From the NCBI GenBank assembly GCA_039096225.1, contig JBBPEB010000004.1:310001-374000 (forward strand): a stretch of 64,000 bases of DNA, in the 5' to 3' direction. Within the stretch, counting starts at the first letter, position 1. The number at the start of each line of letters is the position of its first letter. Source of the DNA: Blastocystis sp. Blastoise. Lineage: Eukaryota > Protista > Bigyra: Opalinata. The position numbers and the translations under genes were made by a program. Below, piece by piece: positions 1 through 15,372 of the stretch. Below the pieces are notes generated by a model. The model was not told the origin of the DNA, did no database searches, and saw nothing but the letters and a program-made list of their open reading frames with translations.

Positions 1-186
<186 letters not shown>

Positions 187-243
187 CTTATGATATATAT
201 ATATATTATATATGAATAATACCACTAATATATCTATATAAAG

Positions 244-970
244 TGAGAAAGTGACTCAAAAACATAGAATTCGTGGTGATATTAACGTGTTATTATTAGG
301 AGACCCAGGTACAGCTAAATCACAATTCTTAAAATATGCTGAAAAAACATCACCAAGAGCTGTGTATATATAATAATTATTTAATTTATATAGATATAAA
401 TAGTTTTTATTTATTTAAATATTTTCTTTACATTCTATTATTATTATACTTATTATTATTATATTATTATTAATATTTTAATATTTATTGTTGTTATTAT
501 TATTAACTATATACTTATTATTAATCATATACTTATTATATACTATAGATATACAACAGGTAAGGGTGCTTCAGCAGTAGGTTTGACTGCTTCTGTACAT
601 CGTGATCAGATAACTAGAGAATGGACATTAGAAGGAGGAGCCTTAGTATTAGCAGATAGAGGTGTATGTTTAATTGATGAATTTGATAAAATGAATGATA
701 ATGATCGTGTATCTATACATGAAGCTATGGAACAACAATCTATCTCTATATCAAAAGCTGGTATTGTAGCTAGTTTACAAGCTCGTTGTTCTGTTATTGC
801 AGCTGCTAATCCTAAATTTGGTCGTTATGATGCTACTAAAACATTTAGTGAAAATGTAGAATTAACGGATCCTATATTATCTCGTTTTGATGTTCTTTGC
901 GTATTACAAGATATCGTCGATCCCATTGAAGATGAAAGACTTGCTTGTATATTGATATTTTTTTTATTTG

Positions 971-1003
<33 letters not shown>

Positions 1004-2239
1004 TATAATTTTTTATTCTATTATATATATATATATATATTATTTATTATAAATATATATATAGATTTTGTTATTGAAAATCATCAACGTTCTCATCCTT
1101 CTTCAAATCCTGAAACTGACCAATCAGAACGAACTGTAGATAGTGAAGGCATACCTTTAATATCTCAAGTATATATATATATATATTATTATTATTATTA
1201 TTATTTATTTATTTATAACGTAAATTATATATATATATATTATTAATATATTATTATATATATATTTTATTAATATATTATTATATATAGGATTTACTTC
1301 GTAAATATATAGTATATGCACGTAGTCGTGTGAATCCTGCCTTAGAAGGTATCGATCAAAATAAAATATCTAAAGTGTATATATATATTATATATATATA
1401 TTATATATATAATATATATATAATATATATATATTTATTATATCTATTATATCTATTATATATAATATATATTATATATATATATTATATTATTTCTAGT
1501 TATGCAGAGCTTCGTCAGGAGTCTATACAGGCAGGGGGTATACCTATTGCAGTGCGTCATATTGAATCGATTATTCGTATGGCTGAAGCACATGCTAGAA
1601 TGTTTTTAAGGTATAGAATCAACATAATAATTATATATTTTTAATAATAAAAAATTATAAACAAATTGAATAACATGATAAGCTATATATAATAAACATA
1701 ATAAACAATAATAATAATATTATATAGAGATCATGTTAATGATGAAGATATAGATGTTGCTTTAGCTACGTTATTAGATTCCTTTATTAATGCTCAAAAA
1801 CATAGTGTTAAATCAGCTTTAAGAAAATCATTTCAAAAATATATTATTGCTGCTGATGATAATAATGATCTTATTATGTATATGTTCATATTATTATTTT
1901 ATTATAATATATAATAATATTATTATTTAATATTCTTTACTATATCATGCAACTTCTATATGATTCTATCTATCGATTCTTGTTTATTATTATTTCTTTA
2001 GGCATTGTTTACAACAACTTATTTCTGAATATATACAAATATATCATATTACACATGATGATACTCTTCCAGATATCGTTGAAATTCCTATAAAAGAATT
2101 AGAAGAAAGAGCTAGAACTATGGAAATTACTTCTGTAAATTCATTCTTAAATAGTGATTTATTTAGACTTCGTGGATTCCAGTTATCTTCAGATAATCAA
2201 AAGATTATTCGTCATTTTGAAAATGTAAATACGAATTAA
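244..2239 (+). CDS. MCM2: DNA replication licensing factor MCM2, 3' portion (multi-exon; 5' part lies upstream of the window)
   Basis: Spliced exons give [23 protein letters not shown] (Walker A), [45 protein letters not shown] arginine finger and [23 protein letters not shown]; stop TAA at 2237-2239. Confidence 0.95.
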
Positions 2240-2585
2240 TTTTTTTATTTACCTATATTTGTATTGAATCATTCATGAACATTTTATATATATATATATT
2301 TTTTTACTTGTAATAATAATTAGAATTTTGTTTTATTTAGTTTTCATTAAAAAAAAAAAAAGAAATATTAATGAACGATGATAGTTAAATTTACAAAAAA
2401 AAAAAAATTAAAAAATTAAAAAAACAAAACACAAATTTAGTATACAATGCAGAATATAATATTATATAGCAAAGATCATTATAAAAAAATTATCATATAA
2501 ATTTTAATTATATAAATAATAATATATATAATTAAAAGAATAAAAATTATTCAAAAGATAAAAAAGTTACAATAATGTTTTAAAT

Positions 2586-4063
2586 TTACTTGGTAACTTC
2601 ATAGAAAGCTTTAGCAATGTATTCAACATTATGAGTATTGACACCAGCCATAGAAATACGACCATTATCAGTTAAATAGATATGATAATCTTTTCTGACT
2701 TTAAGAACTTGTTCCTTAGTAAGACCAGTAAAAGCAAACATACCAATTTGAGAAGTAATATGAGACCAATCTTTCTTAGAACCATTCTTCTTTAAGTTTT
2801 CAACAAGAAGAGATCTCATAGAAATAATACGAGAAGCCATTTGACCACATTCTTTATACCATTGAGCCTTAAGTTTAGGATCACCTAAAACTTGTTCAAC
2901 AATACGAGCACCATAAAGTGGGGGATTAGACCATAAAGTACGAGCAGCAATCTTTAATTGAGAAGTAACTTTCTTTTGTTCTTCAGCAGATTCACATACA
3001 ACAGAAGCACAACCACATCTTTCTCCATATAAACCAAAGTTCTTAGCAAAAGATTGAGCAAGAGTAACAGTATGACCTTGAGAAACAAAATAACGAATAG
3101 CCCAAGCATCACCTTCCATATTACCAGAAGCAAATCCTTGATAAGCACAATCAAAGATTATATAATGATTCTTAGCTTTAATAGCATCAGATATCTTCAT
3201 CCAATCTTCATGGCTAGGATCAACACCTGTAAAGAATATTATATATTATTATTTTTTTATATATTAATAAAAATAATATATATATAAAGGTTAAAAAATA
3301 ATAATAATAATAAATAATAAGAATAATATCATACCTGTAGGATTATGAGCACAAGCATGGAATAAGAAAGCAGAACCATTAGGAGCAGATTTAATAGAAG
3401 ATAAAATAGAATTAAGATCTAATTTTTGAGTCTTAGGATCAAGATATTGATAAGAAGGAGTTTCTAAACCAGCAGCCTTGAAAACACCAAAGTGATTAGG
3501 CCAAGTAGGAAGAGGAATATAAACCTTAGAAAGAACATTATTTTGTTTAAAGAAATCACCAAGAAGACGAAGAGAACCAGTACCAGAAAGAGCTTGGCAG
3601 GTAGCAATTCTGTTTTCCTTAAAAGCAGGAGATTCTTCACCATAAGCAAAACCAGCAGCTAATTTATTGAAGTTAGCAAGACCTTGAATAGGAGGATATT
3701 CATGATCCATCTTACCAGCTATCTTCTTTTCAGCTTCTAATACAGAAGGAAGAACAACAGGTTTACCATTATCATCTCTGTAAGCACCAACACCAAGAGA
3801 AATCTTTCTAGGATCAGTATCAGCCTTAAATTGTTCATTAAGACCAAGAATGGCATCAGGAGGAGCTTGAGTGATCTATAGAAATCATTATTAATATCAT
3901 CTACTCATTCTTAATTTTGATAAACTCAATAATATATAAAAATACCTTAGACCATTGACCAGTAGCAAAAGTACGGGCAAGGCAGACAGATTTAATAGTA
4001 TTCTTAGTAATAAACTCTATAAGTATAAGAAAATAAACTATGTTCACACATACTAGAGAGCAT
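2586..4063 (-). CDS. GOT2: Aspartate aminotransferase, mitochondrial type (4 exons)
   Basis: APPDAILGL, GVGAYRDDNGKP, QALSGTGSLRL, HACAHNPTG, QSFAKNFGLYGER (PLP lysine), GRISMAG. The N-terminus MLSKFITKNTIKSVCLARTFAT looks like an organellar presequence. Confidence 0.95.
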
Positions 4064-4665
4064 TTTGTGAATAAAAGAACAAAACTTTTATGTATTGTTA
4101 TTAAAAGAGAAATAGATTTTGGTAAAAATTCTCTGTTTATGGATAAAGAGGTATAATCATAAAAATGATCTATATTCTTTTTATGAGTTTATGCTACTAT
4201 ATATATTTCTTCGTTTCTCTTTGTACCATTTATCGTTTATTGACCCTATTGATATTTGAATTTCTCTTTATTTCCACCAAGTTCCATGTTGAAATGGGAA
4301 ACTCTTAGAAATGTGTATCTTCTTTCAGTTTCCCGCGATTTATCAAATCAATCAATATTTATTTCTTTTTATTGGATATTTATTGTTAAACTTTCGTTGA
4401 TTACCAATCAGAATATAGAATTAAGAAAATTATATAAATCATTGGTCATCACTAAAATTATTGTAAATAGTATCATTTATGAAATCATGATTAACTGAAA
4501 AATTCTATTATTATTTTTCAGTCTGTTCTTTCTTATTCTGAAATTATTGACCGCAAAAATACGGACATTTCGATAATTGAGAAAGTTTCGTTTTTCTTGT
4601 GTTTTCTTTAGGAGTAAATATTTTTTTTTCTTCTTTCCTATTACTGGATTATTCTATTTATATAA

Positions 4666-7315
4666 ATGTTGAGTATGAATAAATTTATGAAAGAGAAAGT
4701 ATACAGAATAATATATATAAGTATTCACCTTTCATTCTATAGTTTAGTGGTATCGAGCAAGACTTTTCAAGCTTGTTATGGCTCTTAGTTCTTTATATAT
4801 GCCAAGTATTTTGAATAACACATAAATAATTATCTTTTATTAGGGCTTACCTATTGGAATAGCTAATTCTGTATCAATGCTCATACAACAAGAACATGCT
4901 AGTCTTACAGATCAAGCTATTTTTGATCTTGTTCATGGGCCTTATTCTCTAAAGATGTTATGGGCACCTATCGTTGATGCTATGTATGTTTTTTTATAAT
5001 TGATTTCTATTATTTATTTTTTTTTATTATAAGGGTTATATCATTGTTTCTAAATTTATATATATCTAGATATGATAAAAATTTTGGTAGAAGAAAGAGT
5101 TGGATTGTACCTCTTCAATTACTTACAGGTAATTTATAGTTTTTTATTTTATAAATTTTATTTTTATTTTTTTTTTTATATATATAGGAACTTTGATGAT
5201 TATGTTTGCTAATGTAATTGAAGATTCTATTTATGTAAATATGGATGTTCAATATTTAACTATGTGCTTTATTGTTTTCTATTTTTTAATTGCTACTCAA
5301 GTATATGTTTATAAATTAGTATTGTTTATATGTTTTTATATACTATATTTATTTTTAAATAGATATAAGTAGAATTATAATTATATATATATATATATAT
5401 ATAGGATGTAGCTGTAGATGGTTGGGGATTAACGATGTTATCCAATAAGAATAAAGGATTAAGTATTGTCTGTAATAGTATTGGACAAACTATAGGTATT
5501 AATATTGGGTATATATATTATATTATATATATTTTTTTATATATTATATTATATATAGTATTTTATATATATATATTAATAATTAAATATTTATTATTCT
5601 TTATATATAGTTATGGTGTTTTCCTCGGAATGAATAAATCTAGAATTTTATTTAATCATGTTATTGTATATATTTTATTATATATATATTATTATTATAT
5701 GTATATATAATTATTAATATATAAATGAATTCTTATATATATCTATATATTATTATTAATATATAAATGAATTCTTATATATATCTATATATAATTATTA
5801 TTATATAAATGAATTCTTATATATCTATATATATATATTATTATTATTATATAAATGAATTCTTATATAAATATATATAGCCTGCTGTTTCCTTATCTAC
5901 ATTTATAAAATGTTGTGGTCTTTTCTTTTTAATAGTAACTATTTTATTAATGATATTTAAACAAGAAGAAGAATATATTGAAGAATCTATTCCTGGAGTG
6001 ACTGCTATAAATAATACTCTTAATAATAATAATACTCTTAATAATAATACTAATAATAATGAATCTTATTCATCATTAAATAATAATAAAATGGTAAAAC
6101 GAAATTCGCTGTCTTCATCAAGTATTAATAATAATGAATATATTACTAATAATATAAATAATAATACAAATATGAATACTCTTTCTGCTTCAAATTCTAT
6201 TAAATTAAATAAAACTTCATCTGCTTTATTTAATACTATGCCTATTCCTGAGAATGATGAAGATAATCAAACTATATTAGTATCTTCTTCTACAAATACT
6301 TTTGATAAACAACCAAATTCCCTTGGGAATGATCCATCAGATAATTTAATCTATGCAGATCATCATATATCGAAAACACCTCTATTAAGAGAACGAAGTG
6401 TACCTTCCAAAATTAATGAAATTGATATTAAAATTGATACTACTCCTACTGCTAATAATAATAATAATAATAGTGATAATAATAATAATAATTCTTCTCT
6501 TCATCTTATTATACATGCTTATTCTATTATATTCAAAGCATTAAGAAATAATAATGTATATTCATTTTATTATTTATTAGTTTTTGTTTTTTTTTTTTAT
6601 TATTTATTATTTTGTTTTTATTATTATTTATTATTATTATATTTATTATTATATATATAGATTTTAGTTCTTGCTGGCTTGATATTAATTCATCGTTTAG
6701 GAGTCTATCCTTCAGAAGCAGCAAATACATTTAAATTTGTTGAAAAAGGAGGAAATCCAACAACATTATCTTTATTTCCATTTATTATGTTTCCTATAGA
6801 ATTATTTTCTACAGGTATTATTAGTAAAATATGTACAGGTGAACATGTATTAGATTATTGGAGATTTGTTTATTTAGCACGTGTTGGTCTTGTATTTATT
6901 GAAGCTTCTTTTATTCAACATATTCCTGGTATATATATTATTATATTTATTATTATAGTCATTATTATATTTATTATATTCATTATCTAATTATATATAT
7001 ATATAGAAGGTGTATTAGAAAGTTCTCAATTATATTATATATATTTTTTCCTATTTGAAATTATTAAAAAGATACTTATTCAATTCTCTAGCTGTACTAT
7101 GATGGCCTTTTTCACCCAAGTTTCAGATCCTCGTTATGGTGGTATTTATATGACACTTTTCAACACCATTCAGAACTTTTCAGGAACTTTTATCTCTTCT
7201 CCTTCTTTATATCTAGTTGATTTACTTTCTAAAAGACATTGTTATATGTATATTATATATATATCATTATTAACTATATATATTCTTTTTTTATATATCA
7301 TTATTAACTATTTAT

Positions 7316-7354
<39 letters not shown>

Positions 7355-7815
7355 ATGCTTTAAGTGCATACAGTTGTAAAACAAAACAAGAAAATAATAT
7401 GTGTATGACCGACGGAGGTACTTGTGTTACTGAATATGATAGGTATATATATATATATAATAATAATAACTATAATAAATATGAGTATAATATTCAAATT
7501 ATAATCAATATATATTTTTTTAATTTATATAATATATAATTCTATATATATATAGTTATTCTTTACTTTGTTTCTTATCACTCCTCTATGGTATATTCTT
7601 TTATATCGTTGTATCTCCTGAATTCCTCAAGTTACAAGTATATTGTTATTCTATTTATAATATTAACTATATATATATCATGAATTAATATAAAATATGA
7701 ATTATATTTAAAATATTCACTTTATTTATAACATAAATTATATTTATAATATAAACTATATTTATAATATAAACTATATATATAGAAAGTACCAGCTTAT
7801 AAATGGAGGTTTTAG
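4666..7815 (+). CDS. SLC33A1: Acetyl-CoA transporter 1 / AmpG-like MFS transporter with an Asn-rich loop (multi-exon)
   Basis: LYICQGLPIG, PYSLKMLWAPIVDA, FGRRKSWIVPLQ, ATQDVAVDGWGLTMLS, MAFFTQVSDPRYGGIYMTLFNT; stop TAG at 7813-7815. Confidence 0.9.
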
Positions 7816-8655
7816 TTCATAAATGATGAATCTGTTACCACATATATACTTATACTTATATTTCACATTTTTCTTATAAAAAATAATATTTTCTATGATA
7901 TATTATTATTATTCTATTCCTCTTTTTTTTTTCCCTTTACATATATATTGATATGAATAGATATATAGTTATTCATTTATTTATAGTTTGATTTTTCCTT
8001 AATATTTGTTTTTAACAATCTTTTTTTTTTGTTGTTCTGTTCTGTATTGAAATATATATAATATATTTTTTTAATACATAAATAATTATTCATATCTATA
8101 TATATAACTTTCTGTTATGATTTTTTTTTATTTATAAACATTTTTATAATTAGGATAGAAATATATTATTTTTTTCCATTATGTATATATATATATATAA
8201 TCGAATAATATGTTTCTAAACAATTATAATTATGTCTATAACATTACAATAAGTTCATTATAAGTTTATATACTATATTTATTGTTTAATTTTATTGATA
8301 GTAGAATATATTCTACATAAGATTGATTTCATTATTTATATTTATTTTATTTAGATATTAATTCTGAAATGATAATTTTTTGTTTACTTTGTTTTTATTC
8401 TTATTTAGCATTTAGTTATTTTTTTTTAAATATTGTTAACAACAGTGTAAAACACTTTTTTTTATTCTTTATTATATATAAAAATGACAAATGCTACTTA
8501 ATGTGTTAAAATATATCAGAATAACTTTTGAGTTCTTTGAATGACTTTAATTTATAGTATTATAATAATAAAATAAAACAAAATAACTTTAATATATTCA
8601 AAAAGAATAAGAAAATAAAATAAATGAAACAAAAAAAAATGAATATAATTATTCT

Positions 8656-10580
8656 TTATTGTTTAAAGTTTTTGCCACCAACATAAGGATTATAATGAAG
8701 TTCATCTTGAATATTTGTAAGAGGTCCATGACCACATAAAACTACAGTATGAGGATCTAAGATAAATAATTTCTTTTGAATAGAATCAATAATAGATTGA
8801 TGACTAGATAGAATTAGAGTTATAGATATAGAAAAATAATTATAAATATTATATTTATTTTAATATTTATATAATAAAAAAAATTATATTTATTCTTATA
8901 TTTATATAATAAAAAAAATATTATAGAATAATCTCAAATATATAAACTAATAAAAAAATATATATATATAATAAATATACTCTCCTTCTGGTAAATCGGT
9001 TCGTCCAATAGATTGACAGAAAAGAGTATCTCCAGAGAAAAGAAAAGATCCAAATTGAAAGCAGGAACATCCCTTGGTGTGACCTGGAGTATGTATTATT
9101 GAACCCTTTATATATATAGTTATAGTATAGTATAATATATTTGTATTTATATCTTATAGTATATTTATATATTCTATTCTATATGTTAGGTTATATTTAT
9201 ACTTGTCTAGAACCAATAGTAACAGTTTCACCATCTTCAAAAGGAGTAATATTTTGAGGTTTTCTTTGCATCTATAGAATAATAATAATAATATAACTAT
9301 AAAAGAAATATGCTTAATAATGATAATAATAAAATAACTATAAAAATAATAATAATAATAATATAACTACAAAAAAATGATAATAATAATAATATAACTA
9401 TAAAAATAATAATATGATAATAATATAACTATAAAAAAAAATATGCTTAATAATAATAATAATAATAATATACAGTAATATGGAATTTTTTGCAAGCGTC
9501 TTCTAAAGTGTCAATCATATATACATCATTTTTATGAATTCTCATGGGAATATCACCAAATGCTTTTTGAATAGCTCCAGTAGCAGTTATATGATCAAAA
9601 TGACCATGTGTACATAATATCTGTTCTATCTATATAATATTAATTATAATAATATTAATAATATATTTTTTATTCTTGTAATAATAATAATAATAATATA
9701 TATATATACATCACATCCACATTGTTCAACCCCTTTTAATACTTTATAAGCATCAACACCTGGATCTACTAAGGCTCCTTTTAAAGTTTCACTATCCCAA
9801 ATAACATAACAATTTTCTTCTAATTCTCCATTAGGAATCATCATAACTTTTAATATAGGACCAGTAGGCTCACTATCATTACCACAACCACAACCACAAC
9901 CATGTCTTTGACCAACATGACCATGTCCACCACATTGACATTCATGACCTTCTTCATGATTATGACCATGACCACCACATTGACATTCATGACCTTCTTC
10001 ATGATTATGACCATGACCACCACAACAACCTTCTTTACCCTCTCCATGGCCATGTCCACCACAACAACCTTCTTTACCTTCTCCATGTCCACCACAGCAA
10101 CCTTCTTTACCTTCTCCATGATTTCCACATTGACATTCATGACCTTCTTCATGATTATGACCATGTCCATGACCACCACAACAACCTTCTTTACCTTCTC
10201 CATGTCCATGTCCACCACAACAACCTTCTTCATGATTTCCACATTGACATTCATGACCTTCTTCATGATTATGATGTCTGCCACATCCACAATGTTCTTC
10301 ATTATTCTTTTGATCATTTGGACTAGTAGGAATTCCAGTTGGATTATACTAAATGAATATAGTTACTATCATATACATAATTAAATAATAAAACTTACTC
10401 CTATATAAAAATAAATATAATGAAACAAATTTCTATGATTTCTCTAAACATATAATATATACTTCTTCTCATTCCTTGATTTCCACAACCACATGAGAAT
10501 GCTTTTGTTATTTGAAAACCTGTAATAGAGGTCTTAGCAAGAAGAGGTAATGTTCTTTGAATAGTTCTTAATGCAAACAT
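8656..10580 (-). CDS. MBL-fold metallo-hydrolase (glyoxalase II-like, YcbL/GloC type) with presequence and long His/Cys/Gly-rich N-terminal repeat
   Basis: ENCYVIWD..LVDPG, THGHFDHI, HTPGHTKG, FSGDTLFCQSIGRTDLPEG, VLCGHGP. Exon 1 is MFALRTIQRTLPLLAKTS; exon 2 carries GCCGGHGHGEGKE and HNHEEGHECQCG repeats in frame with the catalytic domain. Confidence 0.9.
9885..10305 (-). repeat. Coding tandem repeats encoding a His/Cys/Gly/Glu-rich putative metal-binding tract
   Basis: Repeated CCACATTGACATTCATGACCTTCTTCATGATT and CCACCACAACAACCTTCTTTACC units on the + strand. Confidence 0.9.
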
Positions 10581-11055
10581 ATTGAAAAAAACAATAGATT
10601 CCCTAGAACAAACAATATAAAATATTGTTCGATTCTTTTAATGAAAAAACAGAAAATAATTTCTCTTTAAATTTCCCCCTTTGCTAGCAACATTCGTATT
10701 GTTACAAAAACATTTTTTTTATAAATTTTCTTGGTGTTTAATTTCTTAAATATCTCCTTATCTTATAATCTATAGCTATGATAAAAGTATTGGACTATTC
10801 CTATTTTTCAAAATAGTTGTATATGGTATGTGACTCAAAATGATCATTACGAATTTCTGAACACCAATGAAATTCCATGTAAATACAAATCTAAATAAGC
10901 GAATCTAGAAATATTAAACACAATTTAATAAGAAATGTGTTAGAGCCTAATAATAATATAAGCAAAATAATAAAAGAACTATATGAAGAGAACCATAAAA
11001 TAACAGTGAAGAGAATTAAACTTAAATATTATTCTTCAGAAACATTATAGAAGTA

Positions 11056-11765
11056 TCAATGTTTGCATTGAGTCCATGGAACAGGTTCGATTCCTTCTTT
11101 CCAACTAGCCCAGTTACCTGCAGTGTATAGAAAATCACTCAATCTATTATTTAAATAAGAATAATGAATAATACAATATTTATAGAAAAATTACCTATTG
11201 ATATATGAATAAACGATTTCATCTAATGAAGAATCTAATAAAGACGCCATATGTCTTTCAGCTCGACGACAAATAGTACGACAAACATGAAGATGAGTTG
11301 CGAATTTTCCACCAGACTATACATAATTAAAATGACTCAATTAAAAAAAAGGAATAGTTTTAAATAATATGAATATATATATATATATTAAAAATATACT
11401 ACTAGAACAAAGCAAGGTTTTCGTTCAAATTCATTGTTCATTTCATCTATCCATTCTTCTAATTGTTTAACATGAGTATTTGAGAAAGCAGTCTTTTTAA
11501 TTGTTCTTTCCTTAGAAGTATCTCTAGGAGTTGCAATAGCAGCACAAACATCAAATAAAATATTTTGAACAGTACGAATACGATCTACAAGTATTTTTTC
11601 ATTTTCTGTTGCAAATTCAACAGAGAGTCCAAGGAAACTTCCAAGCTCATCGATATCACCTAAAGCTTCAAATATAGGATGCGTTTTCTCACGTCTCTCT
11701 CCATTATATAAAGACGATGTTCCCTTATCTCCTGTTTTTGTATATATTTTCGGTAGTTCTGTCAT
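11056..11765 (-). CDS. MMAB: Cob(I)alamin adenosyltransferase, PduO/MMAB type (3 exons)
   Basis: KIYTKTGDKGTSSLYNGERREK, ALGDIDEL, HLHVCRTICRRAER, YINRLSDFLY; stop TGA at 11056-11058. Confidence 0.93.
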
Positions 11766-12356
11766 AGAGATTTCAACCTAATAATAAATATATGTAAATA
11801 TTCTATGTATTGATGATAATGACGATAAAAACATTTAAAAATGTTAAGCAACACAAAAATGCAGAAATTTCTCAGAAAAGTTTTCCCTCCAGAATGAATA
11901 AAGACATTTGAAGAAACTGACCATTTCTCCAAAAATAAATATATATAAGAATTGTTATTATTTAGTTTATCTGTCGCTATAAATTTGAAGAGATGGAATA
12001 ACATAGAAAGACAAATCAACACAAATTAATAAGAATCGATACTTCAAGCAACGTTATTAATACTCAATCAAGATAACTCAGGCTTCAAGTATTCTTTTGA
12101 ATATGTATATTAGTTAAATTATTCTAAAAAGAACATAAGAATGAATAAAAAGAATATTTTAATAAAAATAGAAATATTTACGATTATATGTATATGAATG
12201 ACTTGAAAAACAATTTATTTCATAAATTTAGAATTACGTGGGAAAAAGAGGAGCCAAAAGAATAGCTTAAACCATTTATATTAGTGAATACTTTTTTCAA
12301 AGTGAGATTCAATTGATTTTGTTATAGAGTTATTTTTTCAATTGAGTTCTATTGCA

Positions 12357-14936
12357 ATGTCGACTAGTAGTGATTCTGAATATGATTCTGAAGACTATTC
12401 TGATGAATCTGAAACTTTTGATATGAATAATTTCTCTGGTTTAAGTGAAGAACAAAAGGTATGAGTCCATAGATATCATTCAAGTTCGAATAACTTATCT
12501 TTGTAGCCATTATTTATATTTTCTTTCTGTAGAAACTGTTACAAGCAAAAGTGTCGAGTCTACAAAAACAATTCTCAACATTTATAGAGAATCAAACAAA
12601 TCAAAAGGTCTTTTACTGTTAATAATATCATTATTTGTAAATTATCTATAGATTTTGGACGTTCAGGCAGCTATTCCAGGTATCACTGTTCGTCAGGCAG
12701 AAATAGCTATTCGTGGTTGTGGTGATAATGAAGTATACATTGTTTTTTTATATGTTATTCCTATGATTACAATTTTTATTTATCATTTTATGGATATAGA
12801 ATTAATATTTGTATATATATAGTTGTCTGCTATTCAACGATATCAATTAGAAAATGAGTTTCATGATAATGTAAATGCTATGGCTGATGGATCCCTTGAA
12901 GAAAATTATGAACTTTTAAAAGTATATTATTATTATTTTTTATTTTATAAATATTGTTTTTATTAATAGTTGTTTTTTTTTTATAAATTTATATTTATTT
13001 TTATAAATTTATATTTTTTTTATATTATATAATATTATATTATATAGAAACATGATTTGAAAACTGAGATTCAAGAGATGTTTGCTGAAGTAGATGCTGA
13101 ACATACTGATGATGAAGATGAAGGGTATGGAATAGATGTTAAAGAAACAAAAAAACATAAATATGAACGAGCTACACGATCCACTAAAAGGAGAAAAGAG
13201 TATATATATATAATTATTTCTTAAAATAAGAAATATTCAATATATTGTATGATATATATATAATAATTTTTTATAATAAGAAACATTCAATATATGTATA
13301 TCTATGATTATTTTCAATAGAAATAATGATAAAAGACATAGTCGTTGTCAACGATTACTCCTCAATGATGCACTAGCACAAGTATATACTATTATTATTT
13401 TATTCTATTACTATTTTTATTATTATATTATTATTATTATATTATATTTTATACTATTTTTTTATTATATTAATTAGAATCTATTTATACAATTATATAT
13501 ATATTACCTATACAATCTATATATCATCAAATTGTTGCTAAACATAATATTCATTTTAGTTAGCTCAATTACAACAAAAGAAACAGAAGAAAACATCTCC
13601 AACAACAAATTCTGTATCTTCTTCTGAAAACTCATCTGAAAATAATTCCGTGTCTAAGAATAATGAAATAGTTATCGATTCCACTCACATTTCAGAAGAA
13701 AATAATATATCTGTAAATACAAATATTGATGAATTATCACCTGTATCATCCTCATCTTCATCTTCATCTTCTTCTATTCCTCCTGCTCTTATTAGTATTT
13801 CTCAACCTATATCTCAAATTGATAAAGATAATTCTTTATCTAATGTTCATGACAATATAGAAAGAAAAGAGAATAATATGAATAATAAGGATACTATTAA
13901 TTCTAATAATAATGATAATTCTATAAATATAAATAATAACGATAAATTATCCATATCAAAAGATCAATCAGAATATGTAAATCAATCAATACAATCAGAT
14001 ATATCATTATCTCCTTCTATTTCTCAACCAAAAGAACAAACTCCTATTAAACGATATAATACACGTTCTTCTTCAAAACAACTCTCAATCTCTTCTTTTT
14101 TATCCTCAAATGCAAATAGTATATATATATATATAATTGATTTTGTTTAATTATTATTTTTAATTAATTTTTTTTTTAATAATCCTATTATTCTCTCTAT
14201 ATATATATTTATATATATTTATATTTATTCTCTTCATTTATATATATGATATAACAATATGAATATAACATTTATTGCATAATCTAAAAATATTATATAT
14301 AGTAGCAATAGAATCCAAAGATCAAAATGATTCTTCTAATGAAAAAGAAGATACTTCAAAGAATACTGATTCAATTAATAATACAATAAATGAAAATATA
14401 AATAAACAAATAGAAACACAATCACAATCAATAGATATGAATATAGATCATTTGAATATACAAACAGCTACTTCTGATTATACTGAGTCTGTAAAGAATG
14501 AAGTTGAAATTAAAGATGAAAAGTCTATAGGGAATGAGATTATAAATAATAAAGAAGAAGAAATATTGATTGAAGATACAAAGGATACTAAAAAGAATAA
14601 AAATGACACTAAAATAAAACAATCAAAATCTACAAAACAAAATAAAAATAAAAAAATTAATTATGATGAAGATGAATATATAAGTGAAAATAATGATGAT
14701 AAACAAGATGATGATGAAGATAATTATACAGAAGAAGATTCAAAAATAAAACATAAACGATCTTCTTCTACTAGATCTGGAATAAAATCTATAAAAACAT
14801 GTTCAAATCCTATTTATGTTTCTCCACCTAAAGAACCAATTAGTGTTCTAGTGATTAAACAAGATAAAAATACTATTCCTGAGGTTAGCGAATCAGATCT
14901 TCAGAATCTTGGATGGAGTACTGCAAGAATTAAAGC

Positions 14937-14978
<42 letters not shown>

Positions 14979-15328
14979 TATAGTCTTCTATTATTTGTTT
15001 TTATATTTATTATTAAAATATTTGATATATATAATGTAATATAAACTATATAATATATTTATTAAAATATTTGATATATATATAATAGAATATAAACTAT
15101 ATAATATATATATATATAGTTATTATAATCGTGAACATAATCCCAATGCCTATTATTATCGTTTTAATGATCCAGGTGTTCCTCAAGCTACAGGTCAATG
15201 GAATGATAATGAAAAGAAACTATTTATGCAATTAATTAAGAAAGGAGTAGATTATCAAGTATATATGATTATAGTATTATTATTATTATATATAATTATA
15301 TTATTATTATATATAATTATATTATTAT

Positions 15329-15372
<44 letters not shown>

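Noticed and set aside
5707-5875. Short intronic minisatellites (also ~16240-16350 and ~55180-55310) as CRISPR or introners
   Set aside because: They are local AT-rich slippage duplications without spacers and are not shared between introns.
9850-10384. Met/Thr-rich and Val/Met-rich ORFs
   Set aside because: They are shadow frames of the His/Cys-rich repeat, whose true frame joins the MBL domain.
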